The notes beneath the pieces were generated by a model, which saw only the letters and a list, made by a program, of their open reading frames with translations, was not told the DNA's origin and ran no database searches. Shown here in pieces: positions 48,695 through 60,132 of a stretch of 64,000 nucleotides of DNA; position 1 is the stretch's first letter, and each line of letters opens with the position of its first letter. Source of the DNA: Bacteroidaceae bacterium (GTDB taxonomy: Bacteria > Bacteroidota > Bacteroidia > Bacteroidales > Bacteroidaceae). The stretch is from contig JAFWAX010000013.1 of the NCBI GenBank assembly GCA_017507385.1, forward strand, positions 1-64,000. Direction: 5' to 3'. A program made the position numbers and the translations under genes.

Positions 48695-48784
48695 GTTATT
48701 TTAAATTTTCACAAAAAATAGGGGAGAAAAGCTTCTCCCCTACACATAAAAACCGAAATGGTTCGTTATGCTCATGCGTCCATG

Positions 48785-51772
48785 TCATTGCGGAACGTGT
48801 CCGAGCCATTGCAAGAAGTCCACTTCTACGATGCGCAGCTCGCTCTTCACCTTATCGCCATCCTTGGCCTTGAACAAATCCAGTTCGTTGGCGACAGGGG
48901 CTGCCAGCTCTTTGATATTGCCAAACTCATCATTATCAGCGGCAGTGCCTTTCAGACGGATGGTCACTGTCTTCGCCTGATGCGATGGGTGGTCAAGTGA
49001 CAAATGAACATAGCCTAAGGAAACAGGTGTCTTCCCTTCCCACACTAACAGACTGTCTGCATAGACTTGCAGAGGATACTCTCGCTTGCGCCAGCCGGTG
49101 AGCTTGATGACCAGTTCATCCACACGAGCTGGTTTCTCCAGTTCGTAGCGAATCCAAGCCGTCGAGCCTCTTCCGTCATTCTTCCATTCTGTATCTTCGC
49201 TGTCATCTATAGAATGATGCGCCGTTTCCTGATTGCAGCCTGCAACCACCTTCTTCACTTTCAATGTCTTCTTAATATCCTGATACGATGGGGCAGGCGG
49301 TGTTTCCCCTCTGGTCAGCAGTCCTTTCATCTTGGGCTGTTCCTTGCCTTTCACGTCGAGGGTGACAGATGCCTTGCCCAGTCCTTCTGCCTCGACACGG
49401 ACAACAGCCTTCCCTTCTTTTCCCGTAGAACGCACCAACACGCGGTTGACGCCACACTCCAGCGGAAGGGACAGCGAGCGGATGCAGTTTGTTCCCTGCT
49501 CATCCTTGCCAATGCCGCCAATCCACTCTACAGGCCCGTCGATAGAGAACTGTAGCATTTGATGTGCCAAAGGATGACGACGCCCCTTGGCATCCACTGC
49601 CTCCACCTGCAACAGCGCCATGTCTGCTCCGTCAGCTGCCAGCACATGGTTCTGCACATTCGTCACCTTCAGCGCCACAGGCTCATCCACTGTCTCAACA
49701 GCATAGCTTGACAATGGTTTGCCATCTTCGCTGTAAGAGACAGCCTTTAATGTGCCAGGCACATACGCCACGTCCTTAAACGTATGCAGGAAATGGTAAT
49801 CCACTTTTCCCTCTCCTACCTCAACATCATTGATATACAGCTTGACAACAGGCGCATCTGACACGACATACACAGGCTTGCGGACTCCTGCCTCGTAGTT
49901 CCAGTGCCCTACGATATATGTCTGAGAAACCTCTGGCGTGACCCATCCGTTCCACATCACCTGATGAGCGTAAAAAGCGTCCTTGGGCAAGCGCATCGCA
50001 TCAACCACGCCGCTGGTGCGGTAATTGCTCTCTCCGCGGCAGTGCGTGTTTGTATCTGAAAAGATAATCTTCACTCCTCCGTTCGACACTCGCTCACCTG
50101 TGCTGGGGCGCTCTCGCCAGTAGTCATACCATCGGCGCACCATCTCCACTGCAAACAGGTCATTGTTCTGATTGTAGGCAGAAGCGTCATCGCCCTTGTA
50201 CAGAGGTCCGTCGCCATGCTTATGATAAGGGTATGACCAGTTGTCCCAATAACGGCGCAGCGCTTCATCGCGGCAATACTCCATTGCCCAGACGGGCTTG
50301 GTGGCACTCTTGTTGATGTAGAGCATCTCGCCGCCATACTCGGCAACTGTGTTATGGTTGAGCATCTCGCGGCTCCCGGCAGCACGGCCGCCATGAGGGT
50401 CAAACTCGTCACGAACGGCTTTCATCTCCTTCATGTGCTCCTCGCTCACACCCTTGTTGCCCGACTCATAGAAAAGAATGGAAGGATTGTTGCGATTGTA
50501 AACCACGGCGTCACGCATCAGCTCCACACGCTGCTCCCAATGCCGCCCCGTCACGTCCTTCTCCGCGTCGCCGGCAGGCATCGCCTGAATCAGCCCCACC
50601 CTGTCGCACGACTCCACATCCTGCTTCCAAGGGCACACGTGCATCCAGCGGACCAGATTTCCTCCCGACTCCACCATCAGGCTGTTGCTGTAGTCGGACA
50701 GCCACGCCGGCACGCTCATTCCCACGCCCGGCCACTCGTTGCTGGTGCGCTGCGCATAGCCGTGCATCATGATGGGACGGTCGTTCAGGATGGTCTGCCC
50801 ACGCACAAACTCCGTCTTGCGGAATCCCGTCGTCGTCACCTGCTCGTCCACAACCTTTGTGGATGCCGACAACAGACGGGTATGCACATCGTAGAGATAC
50901 CCATATCCCCACGACCAGAAATGCAAATCCTCCACACGCTTCTCAGCCGACACCGTCACCTTCTCGCCCTTGCCCACCACAACAGGGGCTGAACAGAACT
51001 TGGCAACCGATGAGCCGTCACGGTCAACGACCTCCACCTCATAAGTGAAAGTCTGCTCCTCGCCCGTCTCGTTACACACCTCCGACTCTGCATGGATGGT
51101 CGCAGAGCGCCCCTTGATGTCGTAGTCCGTAGCGTAGATGTAAACACCCGTTGTGCCGAACGAAGAATAAAGGGGAAGTGTCTGATAAAGCTTTTCCACC
51201 ACATGCAGCCGCACATTCTTGGGCAGACCTCCATAATTGGCATTGAAGTTCTTGTTGTTCCACTGAAAGGAGGCAGGCGCCAGCGTGTTGTTAGGCAAGC
51301 TGTTCCCATCCTTCACAACCTCCCCTTCCGTAGAGGCACCTCTTTCCCGATATGACCAATCATTATCGGTGAGCACCTCCAGCCGATTTTCCTTACCATA
51401 CTTCAGATAGGGAGTCAAGTCAAACCCGAATGCCATTACACCATTCTCATGCAGCCCCAAGTGATGACCATTGAGCCACACTTCAGCCGCCTGACGCGCT
51501 CCTTCAAACTCTATGAATACCTTCTTGTTTCTCCATGATTTAGGCGCCTTGAAAGTCTTCACATACCGCACAGTATCATCAGGCAGCTCTGCTATAGGCA
51601 CACGGTAAGCATATTCCTCGTTCCATGCGCGCGGCAAGGTCACTGTTTCACCGCGCATCTGCCAGTCGGCATTGAAATTGATGGCTCTCTGCGCAGAGGA
51701 TGTGAAGGCACAGGCAAAGAGACATAACGACAATATTGCTTTCATTATGTTTAATAACGGTTTATATTTCAA
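48785..51772 (-). CDS. glycoside hydrolase family 2 protein (secreted) with C-terminal discoidin/CBM-like domain
   Basis: 995 aa. Signal peptide. GH2 sugar-binding and catalytic pattern (FEGARQAAEVWLNGHHLG, NEW..., WAMEYC). Confidence 0.7.
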   Translation of the reverse strand: MKYKPLLNIMKAILSLCLFACAFTSSAQRAINFNADWQMRGETVTLPRAWNEEYAYRVPIAELPDDTVRYVKTFKAPKSWRNKKVFIEFEGARQAAEVWLNGHHLGLHENGVMAFGFDLTPYLKYGKENRLEVLTDNDWSYRERGASTEGEVVKDGNSLPNNTLAPASFQWNNKNFNANYGGLPKNVRLHVVEKLYQTLPLYSSFGTTGVYIYATDYDIKGRSATIHAESEVCNETGEEQTFTYEVEVVDRDGSSVAKFCSAPVVVGKGEKVTVSAEKRVEDLHFWSWGYGYLYDVHTRLLSASTKVVDEQVTTTGFRKTEFVRGQTILNDRPIMMHGYAQRTSNEWPGVGMSVPAWLSDYSNSLMVESGGNLVRWMHVCPWKQDVESCDRVGLIQAMPAGDAEKDVTGRHWEQRVELMRDAVVYNRNNPSILFYESGNKGVSEEHMKEMKAVRDEFDPHGGRAAGSREMLNHNTVAEYGGEMLYINKSATKPVWAMEYCRDEALRRYWDNWSYPYHKHGDGPLYKGDDASAYNQNNDLFAVEMVRRWYDYWRERPSTGERVSNGGVKIIFSDTNTHCRGESNYRTSGVVDAMRLPKDAFYAHQVMWNGWVTPEVSQTYIVGHWNYEAGVRKPVYVVSDAPVVKLYINDVEVGEGKVDYHFLHTFKDVAYVPGTLKAVSYSEDGKPLSSYAVETVDEPVALKVTNVQNHVLAADGADMALLQVEAVDAKGRRHPLAHQMLQFSIDGPVEWIGGIGKDEQGTNCIRSLSLPLECGVNRVLVRSTGKEGKAVVRVEAEGLGKASVTLDVKGKEQPKMKGLLTRGETPPAPSYQDIKKTLKVKKVVAGCNQETAHHSIDDSEDTEWKNDGRGSTAWIRYELEKPARVDELVIKLTGWRKREYPLQVYADSLLVWEGKTPVSLGYVHLSLDHPSHQAKTVTIRLKGTAADNDEFGNIKELAAPVANELDLFKAKDGDKVKSELRIVEVDFLQWLGHVPQ

Positions 51773-51848
51773 TTCAGTAAATTCTCTTGCAACACATCAG
51801 AAAAAGGCGATGGCAATCACCCATCACCCTCTCTGTACGCACGCTCAA

Positions 51849-52670
51849 TCAGCAAGGTCTAACTTTGGGAAGATTAAAAACTTCCTGAAGTTCCTTAACA
51901 GCGGCGTCTGTCATGCCATCTGGCTCACTTCCCATGCTGCGAGCACACATGTAGATGTTGGCAGCCTTGCAGAGCACATCAGTTTGGTCAAATGCATCCA
52001 TGATGTCCTGTCCGACAGCAACGGTTCCATGCTTCTCCCACAGCACAACATCGTGCTTCTTAATCTTTTCGAGGGTTGCCTCCGCCAGCTCTACCGACGA
52101 GGGCAATCCGTAAGGAACGATGCCGATGCCGAGAGGAGCAAAGGCAAGAGTCTCTGGTATCATGCTCCAAAGAACGCGAGTCATCTCGTCTCCACGCAAG
52201 AAACGCTGGATGTGGCTCATGGCTACCAGCTCGATAGGGTGTGTGTGGAGGGTTGCCTTGTAGCAGGAACCCGTCTCGAGCAGATAGTTCTGCAACGCCA
52301 AATGGGTAGGAAGTTCCGAAGTGGGAACAACAGGCTCATCGGCTATGATTTCATAACTTGCGCAGTCATCGCAGATGCGCACAATAGAGCCATTCTGCAT
52401 AGGCTGCTTAGCAAGGTCGCGCATACGCTTGCCTGTGCCTTTGCAGTAGAAAAACTTTCCTTTCAGACAGGGCAGCACCATGCCTATCTGCTGCACAGGA
52501 GCTATGGCAGGCAAAGCTTTCATCTCTTCGTCAATAAACTCCGTAACGTTCACTGTGATGTTGCCGCCATTGCGTTCAGCCCATCCCTTCTGCCACAGAT
52601 AGCCTGTCACCTCCGCTATCTGATCTATCACGGCCTTCAGTTCCGGCCGAGTTTCTAATACACTTTTCAT
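51849..52670 (-). CDS. rhaD: rhamnulose-1-phosphate aldolase
   Basis: Colinear with E. coli RhaD (GWAERNGGNITV, VPTSELPTHLAL, class II aldolase). Confidence 0.85.
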   Translation of the reverse strand: MKSVLETRPELKAVIDQIAEVTGYLWQKGWAERNGGNITVNVTEFIDEEMKALPAIAPVQQIGMVLPCLKGKFFYCKGTGKRMRDLAKQPMQNGSIVRICDDCASYEIIADEPVVPTSELPTHLALQNYLLETGSCYKATLHTHPIELVAMSHIQRFLRGDEMTRVLWSMIPETLAFAPLGIGIVPYGLPSSVELAEATLEKIKKHDVVLWEKHGTVAVGQDIMDAFDQTDVLCKAANIYMCARSMGSEPDGMTDAAVKELQEVFNLPKVRPC

Positions 52671-52769
52671 TGATTTCTGATATTTGTGAGGAATAAGGCT
52701 AAGCCAGTCTCTTTCACAACGCCATCCCTTCTGGCTTCTCCTTATTCTTCTTTAATGCTAAATCCTAAA

Positions 52770-54116
52770 TTAAGAATCTCCGTAACGTTCCCTCGCTATC
52801 TGCTCAAGCGACTTTCCACGAGTGTTAGGGCAGCCGATAACGCCCACTATCAGGGAAATAACCAACAGAGCAATCATGCAATAAGCAGCGATGGTGAAGC
52901 CCTCTCCCTGTTCGCCATAGATATAAGCGAACACCAGTCCCCACACTGCTGAAAGGCTGCGCACGATAAAGAACATCAGCCCCTGCGCTCCAGCACGGAA
53001 TCGAGCAGGAAACAGCTCAGAGCCCCACAAGGCATAGAATATCTGCACGGAGAGACCGCCTTCGATACCCCACAGGATGGAGAAAGCCCACAAACCAGCG
53101 GGACCATTCACACCTATACCCACAATGATAACCCATGCACTGATAGCAACGAGCAAGCCCAGCACATACACCAGCTTGTGGCTCACACGGTCTATCAGAG
53201 CAGACAGCCCCAGGGTCGTCACAACAATAATTGCCCACTGAATACAGTTCATCCAGTTGGCCTGCTCGTTGTCAACCCCTCCTGCCGTCTCGTAGATGTG
53301 AGGCTGAAAGAAGCCCATCACCGATGCCACGAGGTTCCATGTCAAGTAGATAGCAACCAGATAGCACACCGTCTTGACCGCAGTCTTGTTTGAGAACAGT
53401 ACGCTGAAAGCATGCATCAGTCCCGTATCCTCACCTTTCTCCTTTGCCGCTTCGCGAGTAGCCTTCCACTCATTGCTCTCCTCCAGCTTGCGCTGCATAT
53501 TCCAAGCAATAAAAGCCACAACGAAAGGCGAGAAGAACACAACGCGGGAACTGAACACGTTCAGCGCATCACCTGCCAAATCGGCGCCTCCAACAGCGTG
53601 GGCAAGCGACTCCACCCAACCAAAAAGATAGCCGCCAGGAGCGAAAAACATACCTAAAAGCAAGATAATCATCGGGCCCACTCCCCAAGACATTTGAGAG
53701 ATACAGATATTGCGGCCACGCTTGTCGTTTTCAGAACTCTCCGAAATATAGGTCCATGAAGCTGGTACGCCAATGCCCACAGATATACCCGTCACCAAGA
53801 ATCCCGCCAACAGCATGGGGAAATTCATAGAGCACATGATGAGCAGCACGCCAGCCATATAGACGATGAGATTATAGGTATAAATAAACTTACGCCCATA
53901 CTTGTCTGCGAGGAATCCGCCAATAATAGCGCCCAGCGCAGCACCTAAGCAATTAGCACTGATAAAGTTCAGCCATCCCAAATGCACTTCAGACAATCCC
54001 AAGTACTTCTGCCACAGCGTAAGTCCGCTTGCACCGGCAACGATTGCGCCGGCATCCAGATAATTGGTGAGCGACACCGCGATGGTGCGCTTCAAACTGC
54101 CACCTTGATTTGTCAT
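52770..54116 (-). CDS. MFS sugar:H+ symporter (probable rhamnose-pathway permease)
   Basis: 448 aa with 12 TM segments. Sugar-porter motif GFLADKYGRK. Embedded in the rhamnose operon. Confidence 0.7.
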   Translation of the reverse strand: MTNQGGSLKRTIAVSLTNYLDAGAIVAGASGLTLWQKYLGLSEVHLGWLNFISANCLGAALGAIIGGFLADKYGRKFIYTYNLIVYMAGVLLIMCSMNFPMLLAGFLVTGISVGIGVPASWTYISESSENDKRGRNICISQMSWGVGPMIILLLGMFFAPGGYLFGWVESLAHAVGGADLAGDALNVFSSRVVFFSPFVVAFIAWNMQRKLEESNEWKATREAAKEKGEDTGLMHAFSVLFSNKTAVKTVCYLVAIYLTWNLVASVMGFFQPHIYETAGGVDNEQANWMNCIQWAIIVVTTLGLSALIDRVSHKLVYVLGLLVAISAWVIIVGIGVNGPAGLWAFSILWGIEGGLSVQIFYALWGSELFPARFRAGAQGLMFFIVRSLSAVWGLVFAYIYGEQGEGFTIAAYCMIALLVISLIVGVIGCPNTRGKSLEQIARERYGDS

Positions 54117-54120
54117 AACT

Positions 54121-55374
54121 CTATCTCTTGCTTGTTACTTCTGATTCGTATTTCTCTATCTCTGCAATGAATTCTGCTCCAACAGGAACGCTGTTGCGCA
54201 CACAGAACTCATCATACACAGCCTGCCACGGCATTGCCTTCTGTTCCTCAAGAATGGCAAGGACCTTGTAGCCCTCCCCAGCCAATTCAAGTTTCGAGAT
54301 GAGTTGGCGAGGCTCCAGAAGCGCACGGAGCATGCACTTCTGCGCTGAGCGAGAACCGATAACATAGGCTCCGATACGATTGATGCTGCCGTCAAAGAAG
54401 TCCAGCCCGTAATGCACGCGGTCAAGCGCATCAGCTCTCACAATTTCGAAGAAGAGTTCCTGAGTCGGGTCATCCATAATGGTCACATGGTCAGAGTCCC
54501 AACGCACCGGACGGCTCACGTGCAGCATCAGCTCCTTCACAAACGGCAGCACCGCGCTCACCTTGTCAGCTGGCGATTCTGTCGGATGATAATGCCCTGT
54601 GTCGATAGTCAGAATCTTGTCGTTCTGTGCCGCATAGGCCGTGTAGAAGTCATGACTTCCCACCGTAAAGCTCTCCAGACCGATGCCAAACACCTTGCCC
54701 TCAATGCAGTCCTTCATCATGGGCTGCTCCTTCTCGAAAATCTCGTCCAACGACTGCTTCAGGAGGTTGCGATACAGGGCATGATTGACACTTACGTCCT
54801 TGCATCCATCATGCACCCAAAGGTTCATGATACAAGGGTCTCCCTGCGCCTCACCCATGGCATTGGCAATGTCGCGGCAGCGCTTCGTGTGCTCTATCCA
54901 GAAATTGCGGATACCGTCGTCAGGGTTGGCCAGCGAGAGGCTGCCGCTCTTAGGATGAGAGAAAGAAGAAGAGTTAAAGTCAAGCAATGTCCCATGCTCT
55001 TTAGCCCAGTCAATCCAAGACTGGAAATACTCCACCGTCACCTCATCGCGGTCAACAACCTTGCCTCCAAAATCGCCATAAATCTCATGCAAGTTCAGGC
55101 GATGGTTTCCTGGTATCAGGCTCTTCGCCTTGAGTATGTCCGACCGCAGCTCATCTATGTTGCGAGCCGCACCAGGAAAGTCTCCCGTACTCTGAATGCC
55201 TCCGCTCATGGCGCCTGCCTGCACCTCAAATCCGCGCACATCATCGGCTTGCTAACAATGCATAGACAAATGGAAGTCCTGAAGCTGCGCCAGCACAGTT
55301 TCTGTATCTACACCTATTTCCGCATAACGAGCTTTTGCCACCTCGTATGCCTGCTGTACCAAATTCTCTTTCAT
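54121..55374 (-). pseudogene. rhaA: L-rhamnose isomerase with an in-frame amber codon (TGG->TAG) at the conserved Trp, 55252..55254
   Basis: Translation from ATG 55374 reads MKENLVQQAYEVAKARYAEIGVDTETVLAQLQDFHLSMHC*QADDVRGFEV.. against E. coli RhaA ..[21 protein letters not shown]... Downstream part fully conserved (HVSRPVRWDSDHV, GLDFFDGSINRIGAYVIGSR). Confidence 0.75.
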
Positions 55375-55396
55375 TTCAAATATATTTAATTAGTAA

Positions 55397-56863
55397 TTAG
55401 TTAACAACTGCCAAATACCGCTGATACGCATCGTTCCACACTTCAGCATCCTGCGGCAAATACGTCTGCAGCTCGACAGAATCCGCTATCATCTTGCGCA
55501 TAGCAAACCTGTCCTCAACCACTCCCGTCGCCTTAGCCTGCAGCATGATATTACCGATAGCCGTCCCTTCCACAGGACCTGCCACAACAGGCATGCCGAT
55601 ACTGTTCGACGTGAATTGCATCAGATAAGCATTGCGCGAACCGCCACCTATCACGTGCAACTTCTCAATAGCGAACGGAGCCATCTCCTTCAGATACCCA
55701 AGAACCTGACGGTAACGCATCGCCAGACTCTCAAAGATACATCTCGTCATTTCCTTATAGCCATTCGGCACAGGCTGCCCAGTCCTTTGGCAATAGGTGC
55801 CAATCGCCTCCACCATGCTGGATGGATTCGCAAAGTCAGGAGCATCAGGGAAGATAAAGCACTTGAAAGCAGGCGCCTCCATGCTCTCCCTAATCAGTTG
55901 CCCTATATCCTCAGGAGCATCAGTCCATTCCTGCCGGCAACGCTCAAACAGCCACATGCCACATATATTCTTCAAGAAACGAGTCGTACCCTCAATGCCA
56001 CCCTCATTCGTAAAGTTAAAGTCAAAACTCTTGTCACTAATGATAGCGTCCTCCACCTCGATGCCCAGCAGCGACCAAGTGCCGCAACTCAGATAAGCAA
56101 ACCGCTCATTCCGGGCTGGGACAGAAGCGACCGCTGCCCCCGTGTCATGACCGGCAACAGCCACCACAGGCACAGCGCCAAGCCCCGTCATCCGCTGCAC
56201 CTCCTCGGTCAGCACACCCACCTTGTCGCCAGGATTCACATATCTGCCAAACATACTCTCCTTCAGCCCCATCACGCCTATCAGCTCATCATCAATCCGC
56301 TTGGTTCGAGGGTCAAGAAACTGACTGGTCGACAAGATGGTGTATTCACACACCGCCTCCCCCGTCAGCATATACATCAGCGCATCAGGCACAAACAGAA
56401 TCTTGTCCGCCGCCTCAAGCGCTGAGCAGCCCTGCTTCTTCAGAGCAAACAGCTGGAAGAGAGAGTTAAACTGCATGAACTGGATACCCGTCTTTTCATA
56501 AACCCTTTCCTTCGGAACCAGCTTGAAGTACTCCTCCATCGCCCCATCCGTATGCGGGTCTCTGTAACAATACGGGTTGCGAAGCACACCGCCGTCCTTG
56601 CCGATGCAGACAAAGTCCACCCCCCACGTATCTATGCCGATAGAAGCAATGTCAATCTTCTCGTCAGCCACCACTTTCAAGCCACGGATAATCTCGCGAT
56701 ATAGCGCAAAGATATCCCAGTAGCAATGTCCGCCAGTCTCAATAATATAATTAGGGAAACGAGTCAGCTCGCGCTGCACCAGACGGCCATCAACAATCGA
56801 GCCCAGCACTGTACGCCCGCTCGTAGCCCCCAGGTCTACAGCAAAAAAATTAGTTTCAGTCAT
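55397..56863 (-). CDS. rhaB: rhamnulokinase
   Basis: Colinear with E. coli RhaB (AVDLGATSGR, GIDTWGVDF, NEGGIEGTTRFLKNICGMWL, HVIGGGSRN). Confidence 0.85.
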   Translation of the reverse strand: MTETNFFAVDLGATSGRTVLGSIVDGRLVQRELTRFPNYIIETGGHCYWDIFALYREIIRGLKVVADEKIDIASIGIDTWGVDFVCIGKDGGVLRNPYCYRDPHTDGAMEEYFKLVPKERVYEKTGIQFMQFNSLFQLFALKKQGCSALEAADKILFVPDALMYMLTGEAVCEYTILSTSQFLDPRTKRIDDELIGVMGLKESMFGRYVNPGDKVGVLTEEVQRMTGLGAVPVVAVAGHDTGAAVASVPARNERFAYLSCGTWSLLGIEVEDAIISDKSFDFNFTNEGGIEGTTRFLKNICGMWLFERCRQEWTDAPEDIGQLIRESMEAPAFKCFIFPDAPDFANPSSMVEAIGTYCQRTGQPVPNGYKEMTRCIFESLAMRYRQVLGYLKEMAPFAIEKLHVIGGGSRNAYLMQFTSNSIGMPVVAGPVEGTAIGNIMLQAKATGVVEDRFAMRKMIADSVELQTYLPQDAEVWNDAYQRYLAVVN

Positions 56864-56993
56864 TCAGTTAGTTATATAAAGCACATTAGATTAAGTAGCC
56901 ACAAAGTTACACCTTTCAAAAAACAAAACAAAAAAAACAATCATTTCACTGCATTATCATCGTTTTTTTCATACTACTATATGAAATTTGTCG

Positions 56994-57001
56994 TAACTTT
57001 G
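56994..57001 (+). promoter_or_regulatory. candidate -7 element (TAACTTTG) upstream of pflB
   Basis: TAnnTTTG match about 50 bp upstream of the pflB ATG. Confidence 0.25.
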
Positions 57002-57053
57002 TATCGAAATTAAAAACAGAGAGTAATTACAAACTAGATAAACATCCAATATT

Positions 57054-59294
57054 ATGAAGCTAACCAACCAGATAGAAGGCTTTGAAGGCTACATGTGGAA
57101 ACGCGAAATCAACGTGCGCGACTTCATACAGCACAACTACACCCCCTACACGGGAGATGAGTCATTCCTTGCAGGCCCAACAGCCAAGACTTTGACACTT
57201 TGGAATGAACTTTCCGAAATGTTCAAGGTTGAACGCGAAAAAGGCGTGTATGATGCTGAGCAGAAGCTGCCGCAGTCGATTGAGACATACGGAGCGGGCT
57301 ACATTGACAAGGAGAACGAAGTCATCGTAGGCCTGCAAACCGACGCACCGCTCAAGCGCGGCATCTTCCCAAAAGGCGGCATCCGAATGGTAGAAAGCGC
57401 CCTGAAAGCCTATGGTTACGAGTTAGATCCTACAACAAAAGAAATCTACACAAAATACCGCAAGACGCACAACGAAGGCGTATTCTCTGCCTACAACAAA
57501 GACATCCGAAACGCACGCCACGCCCACATCATCACCGGTTTGCCTGATGCCTACGGACGCGGACGCATCATTGGCGACTACCGACGCATCGCTCTCTACG
57601 GTGTTGACAACCTCATCGAGGAAAGAAAACGCTTCCTCGACCGTCTCGACATACAGGAGATGACCGAAGAGTGCATCCAGCAGCGCGAAGAGACCACAGA
57701 ACAGATTGCAGCGTTGAAAAGCTTCGTCAAGATGTGCGCCAACTACGGATTCGATGTGACTCGACCAGCACAGAACGCTTACGAAGCAGTGCAGTTTGTC
57801 TATTTCGGCTATCTCGGAGCCGTGAAAGACCAAGACGGAGCAGCGATGTCTATCGGTCGTGTCAGCACATTCCTTGACATCTTCATCGAAAAAGACATCC
57901 GCGATGGCAAACTCACAGAAGAAGAAGCACAGGAACTGATCGACCAGCTCATCATCAAGTTGCGCATCGTCCGATTCCTCCGCACCCCGGAATACAACGA
58001 CCTGTTCTCCGGCGACCCTGTATGGGTGACAGAATCCATCGGAGGAATGGGCGTGGATGGACGCACGATGGTCACCAAGACCTCCTACCGTTTCCTCCAC
58101 ACGCTCGAAAACCTCGGTCCTGCCCCGGAACCCAACCTGACTGTACTCTGGGCACAGAACCTGCCCGAGAACTGGAAGCGCTACTGCGCCAAGATGTCCA
58201 TCAAGACTTCAGCATTGCAGTACGAAAACGATGACCTCATGCGCCCCGACTACGGCGACGACTACGGCATCGCCTGCTGTGTCAGCCCTATGAAGATCGG
58301 CAAGCAGATGCAGTTCTTCGGTGCACGCGCCAACCTCGCCAAGTGCCTTCTCTACGCCATCAATGGTGGACGAGACGAAATCACAGGCGAGCAGATAGGT
58401 CCCGACTTCGCCCCCATCACAAAAGACTATCTCGAATATGACGAACTCATGTACAAGTTCGAAAACATGATGAGATGGCTTGCAAAGACATACGTCAATG
58501 CACTAAAAATCATACACTACATGCACGACAAGTACGACTACGAAGCTTACCAGATGGCACTCATCGACGGCGATGTCATCCGTACACGTGCTACAGGCAT
58601 CGCAGGACTCTCCATCGTCACCGACTCGCTCGCCGCTGTCAAGTACGGACACGTGCGCATCATCCGCGACGAACGCGGCATAGCAGTAGGATTCAAGCAA
58701 GAAGGCACCCCACACATGCCATTCGGCAACAACGACGACAAGACAGACAAAATTGCACTGATGGTGACAGAAAAATTCATGGAATACCTCCGTCAGCACG
58801 AGACATACCGTCACGCCATCCCGACGCAGTCGCTGCTCACCATCACATCCAACGTCGTTTATGGCAAGAATACTGGCGCAACTCCCGACGGAAGAGAAAA
58901 AGGCGTGCCATTCGCGCCAGGCGCCAACCCGATGAACGGACGCGACATCAAGGGAGCCGTAGCAGCACTCTCTTCTGTAGCCAAGCTCCCATTCCAGCAC
59001 AGCAACGACGGCATCTCCTACACCTTTGCCATCACGCCTGCAACACTTGGCAAACAGACCGACACACAGATTGACAACCTCGTCAACCTGATGGACGGAT
59101 ACTTCACACCCGACGGCGGACACCACCTCAATGTCAACGTATTCGACCGCGAACTGCTCGTTGACGCCATGGAGCACCCTGAGAAATATCCTCAGCTCAC
59201 CATCCGTGTCAGCGGCTACGCTGTCAACTTCGTCAAGCTCACACGCGAACAGCAGCTCGATGTGCTCTCACGCACCATCAACCACTCATTGTAA
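57054..59294 (+). CDS. pflB: formate C-acetyltransferase (pyruvate formate-lyase)
   Basis: 746 aa. Glycyl-radical C-terminus RVSGYAVNF. Active-site Cys pair GIACCVS. Confidence 0.9.
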   Translation: MKLTNQIEGFEGYMWKREINVRDFIQHNYTPYTGDESFLAGPTAKTLTLWNELSEMFKVEREKGVYDAEQKLPQSIETYGAGYIDKENEVIVGLQTDAPLKRGIFPKGGIRMVESALKAYGYELDPTTKEIYTKYRKTHNEGVFSAYNKDIRNARHAHIITGLPDAYGRGRIIGDYRRIALYGVDNLIEERKRFLDRLDIQEMTEECIQQREETTEQIAALKSFVKMCANYGFDVTRPAQNAYEAVQFVYFGYLGAVKDQDGAAMSIGRVSTFLDIFIEKDIRDGKLTEEEAQELIDQLIIKLRIVRFLRTPEYNDLFSGDPVWVTESIGGMGVDGRTMVTKTSYRFLHTLENLGPAPEPNLTVLWAQNLPENWKRYCAKMSIKTSALQYENDDLMRPDYGDDYGIACCVSPMKIGKQMQFFGARANLAKCLLYAINGGRDEITGEQIGPDFAPITKDYLEYDELMYKFENMMRWLAKTYVNALKIIHYMHDKYDYEAYQMALIDGDVIRTRATGIAGLSIVTDSLAAVKYGHVRIIRDERGIAVGFKQEGTPHMPFGNNDDKTDKIALMVTEKFMEYLRQHETYRHAIPTQSLLTITSNVVYGKNTGATPDGREKGVPFAPGANPMNGRDIKGAVAALSSVAKLPFQHSNDGISYTFAITPATLGKQTDTQIDNLVNLMDGYFTPDGGHHLNVNVFDRELLVDAMEHPEKYPQLTIRVSGYAVNFVKLTREQQLDVLSRTINHSL

Positions 59295-59305
59295 ACAATT
59301 ATCAA

Positions 59306-60061
59306 TTGTCAATTATCAATTCTCAATCACCAAAGGCTCGACTTCACAGCATAGAGTCCTTCGGAACAGTAGATGGCCCAGGAATTAGGTTCGTAGCCTT
59401 TTTCCAGGGCTGTTCCATGAGGTGCGCCTACTGCCACAACCCCGACACATGGGATCCCCAGCGACCCGTACAGTACGAGATGACCCCCGAAGAGCTCCTC
59501 GCCGAAGTCAAGCGCTACAAAAATTTCATCCGCAAGGGAGGAGTCACCTGCACCGGCGGCGAACCTCTCATGCAAGCCCCCTTCCTCATCCAATTCCTCA
59601 AGCTCTGCAAGCAGGAAGGATTCCACACAGCCATCGACACCAGCGGAGCCATTTTCAACAACGAAGTCAAGCAAGCACTCCAATACACCGACCTCGTACT
59701 GCTTGACATCAAGGCCCTCGACGACAGCCTCCACAAAAAAATCACGGCACACACACGAACAGCCAACCAGCAGCTGCTCGACCATCTGCAGCAAATTCAG
59801 AAACCCACATGGATTCGCCATGTCGTCGTGCCAGGGCTCACCGACAGCGACGAGCAACTTGCAGCCCTCGCCCAGCACATCGCCCGCTACACCGACATCG
59901 TCGAGAGAGTAGAGATTCTCCCCTACCACACCATGGGTATCTACAAATACACCGAGCTGCAGATACCCTACCCCCTTGCCGGCACACCGCCACTTCCCAC
60001 CGAGCGGAAAGAGAACGCCATCCGCATTTTCCAGCAGTATCTTTCTTGCCCTGTGATATAG
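59306..60061 (+). CDS. pflA: pyruvate formate-lyase activating enzyme (radical SAM)
   Basis: GCSMRCAYCHNPDTW radical-SAM cluster motif. 251 aa. Confidence 0.85.
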   Translation: MSIINSQSPKARLHSIESFGTVDGPGIRFVAFFQGCSMRCAYCHNPDTWDPQRPVQYEMTPEELLAEVKRYKNFIRKGGVTCTGGEPLMQAPFLIQFLKLCKQEGFHTAIDTSGAIFNNEVKQALQYTDLVLLDIKALDDSLHKKITAHTRTANQQLLDHLQQIQKPTWIRHVVVPGLTDSDEQLAALAQHIARYTDIVERVEILPYHTMGIYKYTELQIPYPLAGTPPLPTERKENAIRIFQQYLSCPVI

Positions 60062-60132
60062 GGGAAGAAACATGATGTAAAGTCATCGCCCAATCTAACG
60101 AATTCAAGTTTTTTTTATGTTTTTTACTGTTT

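Noticed and set aside
50354-50992. 212 aa plus-strand ORF and several 60-130 aa ORFs inside the GH2 gene
   Set aside because: Antisense or out-of-frame to a continuous 995 aa GH2 ORF. GC-rich codon-shadow artefacts.
51672-52658. 328 aa ORF antisense to rhaD; also 55616..56425 (269 aa) and 55797..56096 (99 aa) antisense to rhaB; 54412..55389 antisense to rhaA
   Set aside because: The sense-strand proteins align convincingly to RhaD, RhaB and RhaA. The antisense ORFs have no features.
58475-59177. 199 aa and 224 aa ORFs inside pflB
   Set aside because: Alternative-frame or antisense ORFs within a highly conserved PFL gene. Arg/His-rich nonsense composition.
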